Source: a virus (lineage: Duplodnaviria > Caudoviricetes). From it: 64,000 bases of DNA. Below, piece by piece: positions 9,984 to 19,605 of this stretch; the stretch's first letter is position 1; each line of letters begins with the position of its first letter. The notes beneath the pieces are model-generated. The model was not told the DNA's origin. It did not search any database and saw only the letters and a list, made by a program, of their open reading frames with translations. Location of the stretch: the IMG/VR virus record IMGVR_UViG_3300049734_000263, positions 850-64,849 of that record. One strand, given 5' to 3'. Position numbers and translations under genes: made by a program.

Positions 9984-11153
9984 TCACTCTCCTTGCCGGC
10001 CGTTGTCTGAGATCGGCGCCGTGACGCCCTGTCCATACATTTCCGACATCGCCTTAGCCGCCTGAGCGAGCATCTCATCGTCAGGGTTGAAATAGCGCAT
10101 AAACGTTTTGATCTGGGTGTGGCCGGATTCCTTCATCACGATGTGCCAGGGGAGTCCGGCCTTAACCACGGCTTTGAGGCGCCGTGTTATCCCGGTGTGT
10201 CTGAGGTCATGGATCCTGACATCCTCAAGCCCGGCCTTTTCGCAGACCGTCCCCCAACTGGTTTTCACGGACCCAACTTCGAAGACCTTCGCGTCGGCCG
10301 GCCGGTGCTCGGTCAGCCTTACGAGTTCGTCGTAGGCCCTCTGCGTCAGGCCGATCTCGCGACTGCGCTCGGTCTTCGTGGTCGTCCAGCGGACGCGCAC
10401 GACACGGCTATCGAAGTCTATGTCGGATTTGACGAGGCTGAATAGCTCGCCGCTCCGCATAAAGGTATCAATGCCGATCACGATCACTGACCGCAGATGC
10501 GACCGCTTGGCCCCGACGCACTGCGCCAGGATCTTGGCTTCCTGCTCGGGGCTCAGGATCGTCATTCGCTCGGTTTCATCTGACTTGTTGATGAGTCCCT
10601 TCGCCAGGATGAAGGGGTTCTTGAGGACCCATCCGTGGCCGTGCGCGTAGCGGAAAATGGAGCGCAGGAGTTCAAGCTCCCGGTTCACCGAGGCGACCGC
10701 ATAAGTCTTCTCAGGGTTCCGCAGGGTGGGAGTCTTGAGGCGGATGTTCTTGTACCGCCTGATCTCTTTCGCGCTGATCTTGCGAATCGGCTTTTTACCG
10801 AAATGCTCGATCAGCCTTTCGAGCCAGATCGCGGGGCTGTTAGTGTTTTTCAGGCCCGCGATTTTACGCCCGCCGACGATCTCGGCCGCCTGCATATGCT
10901 CTTTCTCGTATTCTCGCGCGGCGCGCTCGAAGGTCATCTTCGAGGCCTCGATGGTCTCCTGGATCGCTTCTTTGCCGCCGGCGGAGAATTCGTTCTCAAG
11001 CTCGCGAATAACCTTGGGGAGGTCGGTCAGCTTGTTGGAGAGCACACGGCGTTCTTTGAATTTTTGCTCACCCGTCCGCTCGTCTTTGTAGCTGATGACG
11101 GCGAATAGATTTCCCTGGCGCCAGCGCCTTGACCCTGTTCTTGGCCGTCCCAC
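9984..11153 (-). CDS. int: tyrosine recombinase (phage integrase)
   Basis: catalytic R (TFMRSGEL), K (TKT), HDLRH, GH, Y (MRYFN). Confidence 0.95.
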   Translation of the reverse strand: MGRPRTGSRRWRQGNLFAVISYKDERTGEQKFKERRVLSNKLTDLPKVIRELENEFSAGGKEAIQETIEASKMTFERAAREYEKEHMQAAEIVGGRKIAGLKNTNSPAIWLERLIEHFGKKPIRKISAKEIRRYKNIRLKTPTLRNPEKTYAVASVNRELELLRSIFRYAHGHGWVLKNPFILAKGLINKSDETERMTILSPEQEAKILAQCVGAKRSHLRSVIVIGIDTFMRSGELFSLVKSDIDFDSRVVRVRWTTTKTERSREIGLTQRAYDELVRLTEHRPADAKVFEVGSVKTSWGTVCEKAGLEDVRIHDLRHTGITRRLKAVVKAGLPWHIVMKESGHTQIKTFMRYFNPDDEMLAQAAKAMSEMYGQGVTAPISDNGRQGE

Positions 11154-11165
11154 GTCGCCCTCCTT

Positions 11166-11456
11166 TCAGTAATCGCGCCAGGAGCGGATGATCTTGCCGA
11201 GCAACGTCTCAGCCGGTGGAGCCTTGGATGAGTATTCAATGATGGCCACTCCATCTTCGTTGGTGGCGACCACGATCAAATCACCGTCCTTGATCTTAGC
11301 GAATTGTTTTTTTAGGACTGCGGCGAAATCGCCTGGCAGGATGCCGCGTTTGATGAACCTGTCAGTCACGATCCGCAACCCGATGAGTTGATTCGCCGCG
11401 TACTGCGAGGGCCATGTCGCGGCGAAGAATCCCGTCAAGGGGATCAGCTTGGGCAT
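11166..11456 (-). CDS. LexA/S24 C-terminal-domain-like protein lacking catalytic residues and DNA-binding domain
   Basis: IPLTGFFAATWP, LRIVTDRFIKRGILPGD, DGDLIVV, LLGKIIRSWR align by eye to the LexA CTD. Confidence 0.6.
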   Translation of the reverse strand: MPKLIPLTGFFAATWPSQYAANQLIGLRIVTDRFIKRGILPGDFAAVLKKQFAKIKDGDLIVVATNEDGVAIIEYSSKAPPAETLLGKIIRSWRDY

Positions 11457-11715
11457 AGTTTCTCCTTGATCGGTGTGACCACGGACGACAACGGCGCATC
11501 ATTGAACAATAGCGAGTGGGGTTCCTGTACGTGGTGGCAAGCGAATAAGCGCGCTGCTGCGAGGCCCTGCGGCGAGGCGACGAAACCTACTTCCAGCCAG
11601 TCAAAGAAATCGAACTATTGAATGATTAAAAAGAGCGATCCGGTCAGCCGAAGCCACACCTCGGTTGTGAGGTAACATGGTCGGGGCGTTAGGGGGTACA
11701 ACGAAATCAACAGTG

Positions 11716-12363
11716 CTAAATACTTTTTTTTCTGGGTAGCTGTCTGACTGAACGTTTCTTCGCGTGCTGGTCTGCGTTGTCTCTTGTGAAAGGGATCTCC
11801 CCTCTCCCTTCCTCCTCCAACGGTATAATAACCGCGTCGGTCTTGCGAATCTCCTTCAACCTCTCAATGTTTATGTTGACGTCGGCGGACCCGAAGTACG
11901 CAATGAGCAACGCCTCCAGGAATTGTGGCCACGCTCGTTTGACGCGCTTGGATTCATCGTCGACCATCCGCCAAAGAGAAGAAGGCAGCGCGACTTCTCG
12001 CTTTTCCATGCTGGCTTTCTCGATCTCCACGACGCCGTTGACGACATCCCACAGTTCCTGTTCGGAGACTTCGAATGCCTTCGCCAGTCCCTGTACGGTT
12101 CTAGCGTCCACGGTATCGTATCGCTTATTGGCGACATTCGCCGCAGTGCCCTGAGACACGAGGGCGCCTGAGCGCCGGGCGATCTCCGGATAACTCCAAC
12201 CTGAAGCGCGCTTCTTCAGGTTTAACCACTCTGCCAACCGATCAATTTGTCGAAGGTTTTTCGCTGACACGTCAGCCCTTATAGCAAACTGTTTGCTATA
12301 AGGGCTGAAAGTTTCTAGTATTTTGCTCGTTGACTTTATAGCAACCTTTTTTGTAATATTCAT
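11716..12363 (-). CDS. CI-like XRE HTH repressor without peptidase domain
   Basis: WSYPEIARRSG..VSQGT...GLAKAFEVSEQEL HTH; divergent from cro-like gene; true start possibly GTG near 12270. Confidence 0.75.
   Translation of the reverse strand: MNITKKVAIKSTSKILETFSPYSKQFAIRADVSAKNLRQIDRLAEWLNLKKRASGWSYPEIARRSGALVSQGTAANVANKRYDTVDARTVQGLAKAFEVSEQELWDVVNGVVEIEKASMEKREVALPSSLWRMVDDESKRVKRAWPQFLEALLIAYFGSADVNINIERLKEIRKTDAVIIPLEEEGRGEIPFTRDNADQHAKKRSVRQLPRKKSI
12272..12308. promoter_or_regulatory. 37-bp perfect palindrome (operator) in the immunity region
   Basis: TCAGCCCTTATAGCAAAC-T-GTTTGCTATAAGGGCTGA. Confidence 0.75.
12330..12359 (+). promoter_or_regulatory. putative PR-like promoter
   Basis: TTGACT-18-TAATAT upstream of cro-like gene, overlapping a TTTATAGCAA operator half-site. 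Confidence 0.5.
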
Positions 12364-12386
12364 TTTGCTAAAAGGAGAGCAATTCT

Positions 12387-12671
12387 ATGGAACAAACGAC
12401 GACCGATCAACCAACGATATATCCAGGAAAGCAACTTCAACTCCTCAAAGACTTCTACCGGCTTAGAGTTAAAGACATCGCACAGCGGTCGCAGACAGGA
12501 TCGAACACCGTCAACGACGCGCTGCAAGGGCGAGGGTCAGTAGACTTGCGAAAATTTGCCGCCATCGCGGACGTGCTCAATGCGGACGTAATCGTCATCC
12601 TGAAGCCGCGTGACCCGCACTTCATAAGGCATGTCGAGGCGATGCTCCCGACTGTTCCGGCTATCCAGTGA
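12387..12671 (+). CDS. Cro-like XRE HTH protein
   Basis: VKDIAQRSQTGSNTVNDAL.G...AAIADVLN; AAGGAG RBS. Confidence 0.75.
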   Translation: MEQTTTDQPTIYPGKQLQLLKDFYRLRVKDIAQRSQTGSNTVNDALQGRGSVDLRKFAAIADVLNADVIVILKPRDPHFIRHVEAMLPTVPAIQ

Positions 12672-12786
12672 ACCCAATGAGGCGCGAGGAATTGCGCCGA
12701 TAGGAATCTACCGCGTCGAAGCGTCGCCGTGGAATGATTTTTTTCAAGAAAAATTGTCATCGCTTTGACAGCGACTGTCATCGCGC

Positions 12787-13263
12787 ATGACACCTTGGAT
12801 CAATCGCAGCTCTCCCCTGGGCCAGCCGATGACAAGTTACGAAGTGCTCGAAATAATTTTTAGGGGCAAGGTGAAACGCTTGGCGGCGGCGTTCGGAATC
12901 AAGGAAACGTCGGCGGCCAAGTTTTTGCGCGATCCGCACAACAGCGGGGCGTTCAATCCGCTCGACCGGCTCCAAAAGGTGATTGACGAAGCTGTCCTGG
13001 CCAACCGCGCGCAGTCATACCTGATCCCCGAATACCTTCGCCAGTATCACCAACGACTCATCAATGACCAGCAACGCGGCGTCAAATGGGACCCGAAGCA
13101 GGTCGCCGCCGAGATCTTGCAGACCGCGGCGCGCGCGGTGCAGGCGCTCGCGCTCGAAACTCACCCGCCCTCCGAGCAGCTTCAGGCGTTGCTTGAAGCG
13201 AGAAACATCCTTGATGAGGCGATCTCGCAACTGGAGATCCTGAACGGCGACGAGGGGCGTTAA
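12787..13263 (+). CDS. CII-like phage regulatory protein
   Basis: position after cro; N-terminal HTH-like region, NPLDRL motif, helical C-terminus. Confidence 0.5.
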   Translation: MTPWINRSSPLGQPMTSYEVLEIIFRGKVKRLAAAFGIKETSAAKFLRDPHNSGAFNPLDRLQKVIDEAVLANRAQSYLIPEYLRQYHQRLINDQQRGVKWDPKQVAAEILQTAARAVQALALETHPPSEQLQALLEARNILDEAISQLEILNGDEGR

Positions 13264-13277
13264 AGAAAGGAAACCCG

Positions 13278-13682
13278 ATGGTCATCAAAGCCAATAAGGA
13301 AAGAGTATTCATCAACCTCGACGAATTGGACGCGATCTGGTCGGACGACTACCGACGCGACCACTACAACGTCGGGGTCGGGGCCCAAAGCTTTGAGGTG
13401 TCCCGCGAGGTCGCCGACGCGATCTTCGCCGACCTGGAGAAGCGCGAGAGCGAACTCGACCACATCCGCGAAATGAGCGAAACGGTCGGCCAGTGGGTCG
13501 GCCGGGCCACGAAGGCGGAGTACGACGTCATCGAGTTGCACAAGGCGCTCGGCGATGTCCTCGCGCGTTGGTCGTCAGACACTAGTGGTAAGGCCAACGC
13601 TACACAACTTTATCAACAGGCAAAGGATCTTCTTAAGGCCGAAGAATCGCCTGCTGATCCGCCCAAGCAAGTTACTTCTTAA
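13278..13682 (+). CDS. hypothetical protein
   Basis: ORF with AAGGA RBS in early operon. Confidence 0.6.
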   Translation: MVIKANKERVFINLDELDAIWSDDYRRDHYNVGVGAQSFEVSREVADAIFADLEKRESELDHIREMSETVGQWVGRATKAEYDVIELHKALGDVLARWSSDTSGKANATQLYQQAKDLLKAEESPADPPKQVTS

Positions 13683-13706
13683 TCCAACCGAAAGGAGTCA
13701 CGCTCT

Positions 13707-14048
13707 ATGGAGCAACTACGACTCAGCCTCGCAACCATTGGTGACGGCGGCGCTCTCGAACTCTTCGATGTGGCGTTGCAAGAGGTCCTGGCCAACATCC
13801 AGGACCCGAACACGCCCGCCGACGCGGAGCGCAGCATCACTCTGACCGTAAAAATCAAACCCGACAAGTCGCACGACCTCGGGCGTCTCAAATACAAAGT
13901 CGTTCCCAAACTCGCGCCGATCGCGGAGCAGGAAGGCCGCGTCTTTCTGCCGCAACAGCCTGACGCCGCTGGCAACTACTACGCGACGGAGCACAACCCG
14001 AAACAGCCAAACCTGGCGTTTCACGAAACGGAGGTAACTCGTGCCTGA
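13707..14048 (+). CDS. conserved phage protein (often annotated 'replication terminator protein'; YfdP-like partner)
   Basis: GGALELFD.AL.EVL.NI.DPNT.A...RSITL; coupled to next gene. Confidence 0.7.
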   Translation: MEQLRLSLATIGDGGALELFDVALQEVLANIQDPNTPADAERSITLTVKIKPDKSHDLGRLKYKVVPKLAPIAEQEGRVFLPQQPDAAGNYYATEHNPKQPNLAFHETEVTRA

Positions 14049-14805
14049 GAACAACATCAGCGTCTCGATGATCGGCGACAGCGTGGTCGCCGCGATCAAG
14101 GATAGCGTGAAGACCGAGACTATTGAGGTGGACGGTCGGCTCTTCACGACTCGGTCGGTCTTCCAGCCGCCAACGGAACTCGCTCCGGACGTTCTTATCG
14201 TCCACACCCTCACCGGCCTTGTGGATTATGTGAACAACATCGCGAGGATCGATCCTGAAGCCGCCGACAAGATCAAGTGCGTGCACGTATTCGGCCCGGA
14301 CAGGATAGATGTCTGCGGCGCCCTGCGTGGACGCCACAATCAGCGCTACGTCTATTTAAGCGCCCGCTACAATGCCCCAAGTAACGGGATCGGATTCCAC
14401 TTCGGCCAGTTCTGCGATCCGGAGACCTTCACGATCGCGCTGCAATCGCTCTTCGACGATTCGGGCGACGTCGCGAAGGTGCTCAGACTGGTCGGCAATA
14501 TGCGGTCGGAGCAGATCAGGACGTCGGAAGATGACGGCGTCACGCAGGTCGTAGGCACGAAAGCGGGCATCGTGATGAAGGCTCAGAGCGATGTCCCGAA
14601 CCCGGTGATACTGGCGCCGTACAGGACCTTCAACGAGGTCGAGCAACCGCACAGCGCATACATCTTCAGGGTGAGAGAGAACGGCGACAAACCGCCCCTG
14701 TGCGCCCTGTTTTGCGCTGACGGCGACGCGTGGAAGCTGGCGGCGATCGAGCGAATCAAACAATACCTGGCCGAGAAGATCACCGGGATTCCGATCATCG
14801 CGTGA
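14041..14805 (+). CDS. conserved phage protein (YfdQ/DUF2303-like partner)
   Basis: TLTGLVDY, DDGVTQ.V, VPNPV.LAPYRTF.EVEQP, ADG.AWK. Confidence 0.7.
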   Translation: MPENNISVSMIGDSVVAAIKDSVKTETIEVDGRLFTTRSVFQPPTELAPDVLIVHTLTGLVDYVNNIARIDPEAADKIKCVHVFGPDRIDVCGALRGRHNQRYVYLSARYNAPSNGIGFHFGQFCDPETFTIALQSLFDDSGDVAKVLRLVGNMRSEQIRTSEDDGVTQVVGTKAGIVMKAQSDVPNPVILAPYRTFNEVEQPHSAYIFRVRENGDKPPLCALFCADGDAWKLAAIERIKQYLAEKITGIPIIA

Positions 14806-14836
14806 TCAATCGGCGCTCCTTTTTTTTGGCCCTTGG

Positions 14837-14875
14837 CTTATAGCAAAGTGTAAAGAACTTATAGCGATAGGCCGG
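14837..14875. promoter_or_regulatory. tandem CTTATAGC operator sites upstream of replication gene
   Basis: CTTATA at 14837 and 14858 (21-bp spacing). Confidence 0.55.
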
Positions 14876-14919
14876 GGGCGGCTATTCAGCGACCACGGAC
14901 TTAGAGGCACGGTGGCTTA

Positions 14920-15990
14920 ATGATCGTCCGCGCGGCGCACGATAAAGACAATCCGTTTTTTCAGATGCTGAGAGCTACGGCCCAAGATACGAAATTGCCA
15001 GCGCGCGCCCTCGGCGTGCTGGCCTATCTATTGTCCAAACCGGACAGTTGGGAGCCGACGATTGATGACATCTGCCGTCGCTTCTCGGACGTGGGCCGAG
15101 ATCAGGCCTACAAGATCATCACTGAGGTTTTCATTCCCCTTCGGTACGCTCGCCGGACGCAGGAACGAACAGACGGGAAGTTTGCGCGCTGGCTGACAGA
15201 GGTTCACGAATCGCCATTTCCTGAAAATCAGGGAGTGACAACGCCAGATACTGACCAACCGGATACGGAAAATCAGGAAATGGCTTCACAATCCAAGGGT
15301 CGTAAACCAAAGAAAAGCAAGAACGTAACACCATTTCCTGAAAATCAGGAAGCGGCTTCACCATTTCCTGATTTGCCGGATACGGAAAAACCGGATACGG
15401 AAAATCAGGAGCTATATAAAAAGAGAAAGTACAAATTACAGAGAAAAGATATTACAGAGGGAAACACATTTGGCGCGCCAATGGGAGTGGTTGAGCCGGT
15501 CGAAGAGAGAACCGCTGAACTGAAGCCGAAGAAGTCTTCAGGTAAGAAATCGCCGCTCAAAAGCCAGTTCCACAATCACCCTTCAGTAGTCGCCTATCGA
15601 GAGACCCTTGGTTTTTACACCCTGAATGCGGCGCAGGCGGACTTGATCGCCGAGGCGACCGGAACGCAGGTTGAGTCCGCGCCGCCTGAATGGCTGAAGT
15701 TCTTGCGCGAACTGGCGGAAAGCGGAAACAAGTACGCGCATAACGTGCGGGTGATGGTTTGGGCTTTCGAGCGCTACGGCGCCGGTTCCTGTTTGTCCGA
15801 GGCCCTCGACGCGGCCTGGGCTCGCGAGAAAGGGCGATCCGCAGCAAGCAACGGGAACGGGACCTATCGCAACCGCGGGCGGCCTACTCTGGCCGAACGC
15901 AATCAGGCGGCGGCGGATGAAGCCGCCCGATTGCTGGGGATTTCTTCGGAGCAGGGCGACGTAATTGACATTGAGGCAACGCGATTATGA
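14920..15990 (+). CDS. phage replication initiator (lambda O-like organisation)
   Basis: N-terminal wHTH (D..L..RALGVLAYLLSKPDSW), internal DNA repeats, followed by loader-like gene. Confidence 0.8.
   Translation: MIVRAAHDKDNPFFQMLRATAQDTKLPARALGVLAYLLSKPDSWEPTIDDICRRFSDVGRDQAYKIITEVFIPLRYARRTQERTDGKFARWLTEVHESPFPENQGVTTPDTDQPDTENQEMASQSKGRKPKKSKNVTPFPENQEAASPFPDLPDTEKPDTENQELYKKRKYKLQRKDITEGNTFGAPMGVVEPVEERTAELKPKKSSGKKSPLKSQFHNHPSVVAYRETLGFYTLNAAQADLIAEATGTQVESAPPEWLKFLRELAESGNKYAHNVRVMVWAFERYGAGSCLSEALDAAWAREKGRSAASNGNGTYRNRGRPTLAERNQAAADEAARLLGISSEQGDVIDIEATRL
15214..15460. repeat. iteron cluster plus A-rich tract: probable replication origin
   Basis: CCATTTCCTGA at 15214, 15331, 15361; CCGGATACGGAAAA at 15259, 15376, 15391; A-rich 15413-15460. 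Confidence 0.75.
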
Positions 15991-16829
15991 ATACCACGGA
16001 CTTCTCAAAATTTAGCGCGGAAATGAATAAAACCGCCGAAGCTTTCGGCGCGGAGATGACACCCGGCCGCGTCGCCACGTACTTTGAGGAACTCTCCGAC
16101 CTGTCACTTGAGGCCGTAACCGGCGCGCTTGCCTATGCGCGCCGGACACTCACTTTCTTTCCGAAGATCGCTGAGCTTCGCCGCTACGCCGAAGGCTCGG
16201 TGGACGACCGCGCCGAACTGGCGTGGCGCACCTTCGTTGACCTGGTGAAATTCGAGGGCGAATACCCGTCGCTTCAGATCTATGACGGCCCTATTGGATA
16301 CGCGATCGAGTGTCTAGGCGGCTGGCTCGTGGCCTGCGCAAAACTGAACGACGCCTCACCGGAAATGATCGCCAACTACGAGAAGCACTTCAAGAACTCA
16401 TACAAGCTCGGCGCAATCAGGGACGAAGGCCCGCGTTATCTGGTCGGTCAGGTCGAGTCCACCAATCGCGGGCTCGGCGCTTGGAAATCGCCGACCGTTG
16501 ATCAGCCGGTTTGCCTGGTAAGGTCAGGCAAGGTCATGAAGGTTGTGATGCCCTTCAGCGTGACCGAGGGGCGTCTGACTGACGAAGCGCGCGCCGCGCT
16601 CCAGATTGGCGGCAACGAGTTGCGCCGCTACTTGCCGCTCCCAGCCAGTCTCCCTGTTCCAACGCCCGCGCCGCCAGACGAAGAAATGGCGACGCCCGAA
16701 GAGGTCGCGGAACTGATGTCGAAAATTGCGGCTCGGGCAGCAGGGAAGGGGCTGCGCCGGATCGCTGGCGCGGTTCAGGCGTCGCCTAACGCGCAGGAAT
16801 CGCCGGTTAATGAAGGGGCAGGGGACTGA
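15987..16829 (+). CDS. helicase loader/inhibitor-like protein (DUF6475-like)
   Basis: YFEEL.DLSLE.V..A......FFPKIAELR, AELAW, IECLGGW; follows initiator. Confidence 0.65.
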   Translation: MNTTDFSKFSAEMNKTAEAFGAEMTPGRVATYFEELSDLSLEAVTGALAYARRTLTFFPKIAELRRYAEGSVDDRAELAWRTFVDLVKFEGEYPSLQIYDGPIGYAIECLGGWLVACAKLNDASPEMIANYEKHFKNSYKLGAIRDEGPRYLVGQVESTNRGLGAWKSPTVDQPVCLVRSGKVMKVVMPFSVTEGRLTDEARAALQIGGNELRRYLPLPASLPVPTPAPPDEEMATPEEVAELMSKIAARAAGKGLRRIAGAVQASPNAQESPVNEGAGD

Positions 16830-17122
16830 TGCGCGAACCGACTTACAAATGCTGGCGCTGCTTCGACCTCGGCTACCAGTCCGTCTGGTCATTCCGCCGT
16901 GGCCGCTGGCGTCAGGTCGCGCGGCCCTGTTCTTGTGAGACATCGCCCGCGGCGTCCCGGTCGGCGGACGCTATCGAGCCGTCGGACGTTTGGATTCGCG
17001 GTGAATTCGGCGACTTCGCGCTGGCCAACGACCTGCTGAGGTTCGGCGGCCCGAACGTCGGATTCGCCAAATGGGTGAAAGCGAACAAGGTCGCCCGGGC
17101 TGATGAGGCGGAGGCGGCATGA
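16829..17122 (+). CDS. small zinc-binding protein
   Basis: YKCWRCFD.G...RPCSC (DnaC N-terminal-like zinc motif). Confidence 0.55.
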   Translation: MREPTYKCWRCFDLGYQSVWSFRRGRWRQVARPCSCETSPAASRSADAIEPSDVWIRGEFGDFALANDLLRFGGPNVGFAKWVKANKVARADEAEAA

Positions 17123-17316
17123 AAGGGGATCTTCTGATGAACCTGACTCTCAAGCACTGGATACGCTTCGTCGGTATAGCCACGACGGTGACGTTCGTTC
17201 TGGCGACGGCGCTCAACACTGCGGACAAGCTTGAAATGGTCGGCATGTTTGCGATCTGCCTGGTCGGCTCCGTCGTCGGCCACTGTCTGGCCACAATCGA
17301 AGAGGAAGGGGACTGA
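17119..17316 (+). CDS. small two-TM membrane protein
   Basis: two hydrophobic segments; overlapping start/stop. Confidence 0.5.
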   Translation: MKGDLLMNLTLKHWIRFVGIATTVTFVLATALNTADKLEMVGMFAICLVGSVVGHCLATIEEEGD

Positions 17317-17606
17317 TGAAAGCCCAGGACCTGACATTCCACGACATCGAAGGCGCCCCGCCTAACGTGCGCTGTAATCGCTGTGGCGCTCTGGGAGTGA
17401 GACGGGCGGCGGAAGTCCCGTTGCCGGATCAGAGCGGCGATGTGGCTATGGTTGGGATGTGTTCGCCCGCCTGCGAGAGCGTGTTCAAGCGGAATCCGGA
17501 TTCGGATCAGGCCGTCTCCCGAATACTGAGCATGGCTGGGGCCGTGAAAAAGCTGCTGGTGGCTGAGAGCGCGGGGCAGGACGAGGAGTGGCCGGAGGAA
17601 CTATGA
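17316..17606 (+). CDS. hypothetical zinc-binding protein
   Basis: CNRC and CSPAC; coupled start. Confidence 0.5.
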   Translation: MKAQDLTFHDIEGAPPNVRCNRCGALGVRRAAEVPLPDQSGDVAMVGMCSPACESVFKRNPDSDQAVSRILSMAGAVKKLLVAESAGQDEEWPEEL

Positions 17607-17971
17607 CAAACAAAGAGCGACCAACCGGCATCATCCGTACCCTGCCGAGCCTTGAGCCTGGCCACGTCGGCAGGAAGCGCTACGAGGACTCGATCAAGAT
17701 GCTCGAGAAGGGCCAGATCGAAGCGATCTACATCGCCCTGGAGGCCGTCCCGAAGATCGAGGTCTTGCATATGTACCTGGTCATCGAGGGCAAGATCGAA
17801 GTCCGATTGAACATCGCCGGCTACGTGGACGGCGACGAGCGCGAGTGCTGGGACAAAGAGATCCGGAAGCCGAAGTACTGGGCGGTCTGCACTGGACCGG
17901 TCAGCAAGCCGCCCGAGCCTCAAACCAGGCGTGGTTTCCAAGGCTTTCGCTACACCACTGATCTGTGGTGA
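17603..17971 (+). CDS. hypothetical phage protein
   Basis: GGAGGA RBS; ends RGFQGFRY. Confidence 0.6.
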   Translation: MTNKERPTGIIRTLPSLEPGHVGRKRYEDSIKMLEKGQIEAIYIALEAVPKIEVLHMYLVIEGKIEVRLNIAGYVDGDERECWDKEIRKPKYWAVCTGPVSKPPEPQTRRGFQGFRYTTDLW

Positions 17972-18013
17972 CCACGCTGAAACATAGCCAACTACAAGAA
18001 AGGAATCGCACGT

Positions 18014-18850
18014 ATGAACAACGCCAATGGGCACAAGAAAGTCACTCTGATCTGGGAGATGATTGACGTCGACACTGCCTATGAATACCTCGAAACGATG
18101 GAAGGCCAGAACCGCCCGGTCAAGAAGACAGTCGTCGAGAAATACACGCGGGACATGAAAGCGGGCCGGTGGCTAAAGACAACCACGCCGCTAAAGTTCG
18201 ACACGGGGGGCAAACTCTTTGACGGTCAGCACCGGCTATGGGCGCTGATCGAGGCGGGTATTAGTTTCGAATTCCTGGTCGCCAGGGGCTGTAATCCCGA
18301 TGAGCGGCACGTTCAAGACATCGGCGCCGGGCGCAACGTCCGCGACATCCTAAGTTTTGAGGGCGACAAGGTTCGCATGCTTGCCGTGGCCGTCGCCAAT
18401 GCGATGGCCCGATCCTTCCAGACAACATTCACGCCAACCATTCAGGAACAGCGCGAATACTACTTGAGAAACCGCGAGCCGATCGAATGGGTCATTTCCT
18501 ATGTGCCGAAACTGACACGAGGGCTAACTCAGGCTTCGATGCTCGCGCCGGTGGCGCGTGCCTGGTATAGCGAAGACCGGGAGAAATTGGCCCGGTGGCT
18601 GGAGGTTTGGAAAGAAGGAATGCCAGCGGACGAGTCTGAATACGTGATTATTTTGCTGCGGAATTTCGCGCTTGAGAAAGCTGGCCAGAAGCGGGACGGC
18701 TTCGAGAATTACGGCAAGGCCGAGCGGGCGTTACGCGCCTATCTCGACGGCGAACGCCTGAAGACTCTCAAGGCGCTCTCTCAAGAAGTCTTCCTTATCC
18801 CCGGCGAGAACGGCGCGAAGAAGCTGGCGCCGCGAAAGAAGGTGAAGTGA
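18014..18850 (+). CDS. ParB/Srx-like N-terminal domain protein
   Basis: NRP....V..Y..DM..G.W.....LKFD..G.L.DGQHRL.A. Confidence 0.75.
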   Translation: MNNANGHKKVTLIWEMIDVDTAYEYLETMEGQNRPVKKTVVEKYTRDMKAGRWLKTTTPLKFDTGGKLFDGQHRLWALIEAGISFEFLVARGCNPDERHVQDIGAGRNVRDILSFEGDKVRMLAVAVANAMARSFQTTFTPTIQEQREYYLRNREPIEWVISYVPKLTRGLTQASMLAPVARAWYSEDREKLARWLEVWKEGMPADESEYVIILLRNFALEKAGQKRDGFENYGKAERALRAYLDGERLKTLKALSQEVFLIPGENGAKKLAPRKKVK

Positions 18851-18853
18851 GAA

Positions 18854-19135
18854 ATGGACGCAACGAACGCGAAAGGCTTCACGATCCCGTTGAGCGCCAG
18901 GCGCGAACCACAGAATCGCCGGCCTGTCCTGCTAATCGGCGACTGCGAACGCACGCCCTACACGGAGGCCGAGGCGATGGAAGAGTTACGCAAGGCTCCG
19001 GGTGTCGGGACGTGGTGCGCGGCGCGCTGTTTGATTTGTTTCTCGGAGGACGGCGCTGCCTGCCGCCCGGCGAGCAATGTCAAGCTTGCGGACGGATCAA
19101 CCAAGACAGAAAGGATTCATAGATGCCAGAGATAA
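18854..19135 (+). CDS. hypothetical protein
   Basis: ORF fills the operon gap. Confidence 0.4.
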   Translation: MDATNAKGFTIPLSARREPQNRRPVLLIGDCERTPYTEAEAMEELRKAPGVGTWCAARCLICFSEDGAACRPASNVKLADGSTKTERIHRCQR

Positions 19136-19605
19136 AAGAAAAGACCACGTTTAAGGCCGGCGACGGGCGCGAGTTCAAAGCGCGCGAAGAGGCCGAGCGT
19201 TACGAAGAGATGCGCGAGGCCAATGAGCAATTCAACGAAGCGGTGAGGCTCTACAACATTGCGCTCGCGAAGACCCTGAAGACCGCCGACGGCTGCCCGT
19301 TCCGACTCGGCGACGGCTATTACATCGTGTGGGAGCATGCCTACAACGACGGAATCAGCCACGAATACCTGTACGCCAGGGACACGCGAGTTGCTCTCGA
19401 CGAATACGGCCGGGCGAAGGTCCGCTTTGTCGGCAGCTGCGCCAACCGCGATAACGTTGTGGAATTCGAACTCGCGAACATTTACGCCAAGGAGTTAAAC
19501 GCTCGGCTCCGGCTGCTTGAGATTCGCAAGAAGCGACTTGGGTGGCTGATGGAAGACATCGCCAAGCTGGAGCGCGAGCTTGGAATAGCAGAGGAGAAGA
19601 AGTGA
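19123..19605 (+). CDS. hypothetical protein
   Basis: AAAGGA RBS; coiled-coil segments. Confidence 0.6.
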   Translation: MPEIKEKTTFKAGDGREFKAREEAERYEEMREANEQFNEAVRLYNIALAKTLKTADGCPFRLGDGYYIVWEHAYNDGISHEYLYARDTRVALDEYGRAKVRFVGSCANRDNVVEFELANIYAKELNARLRLLEIRKKRLGWLMEDIAKLERELGIAEEKK

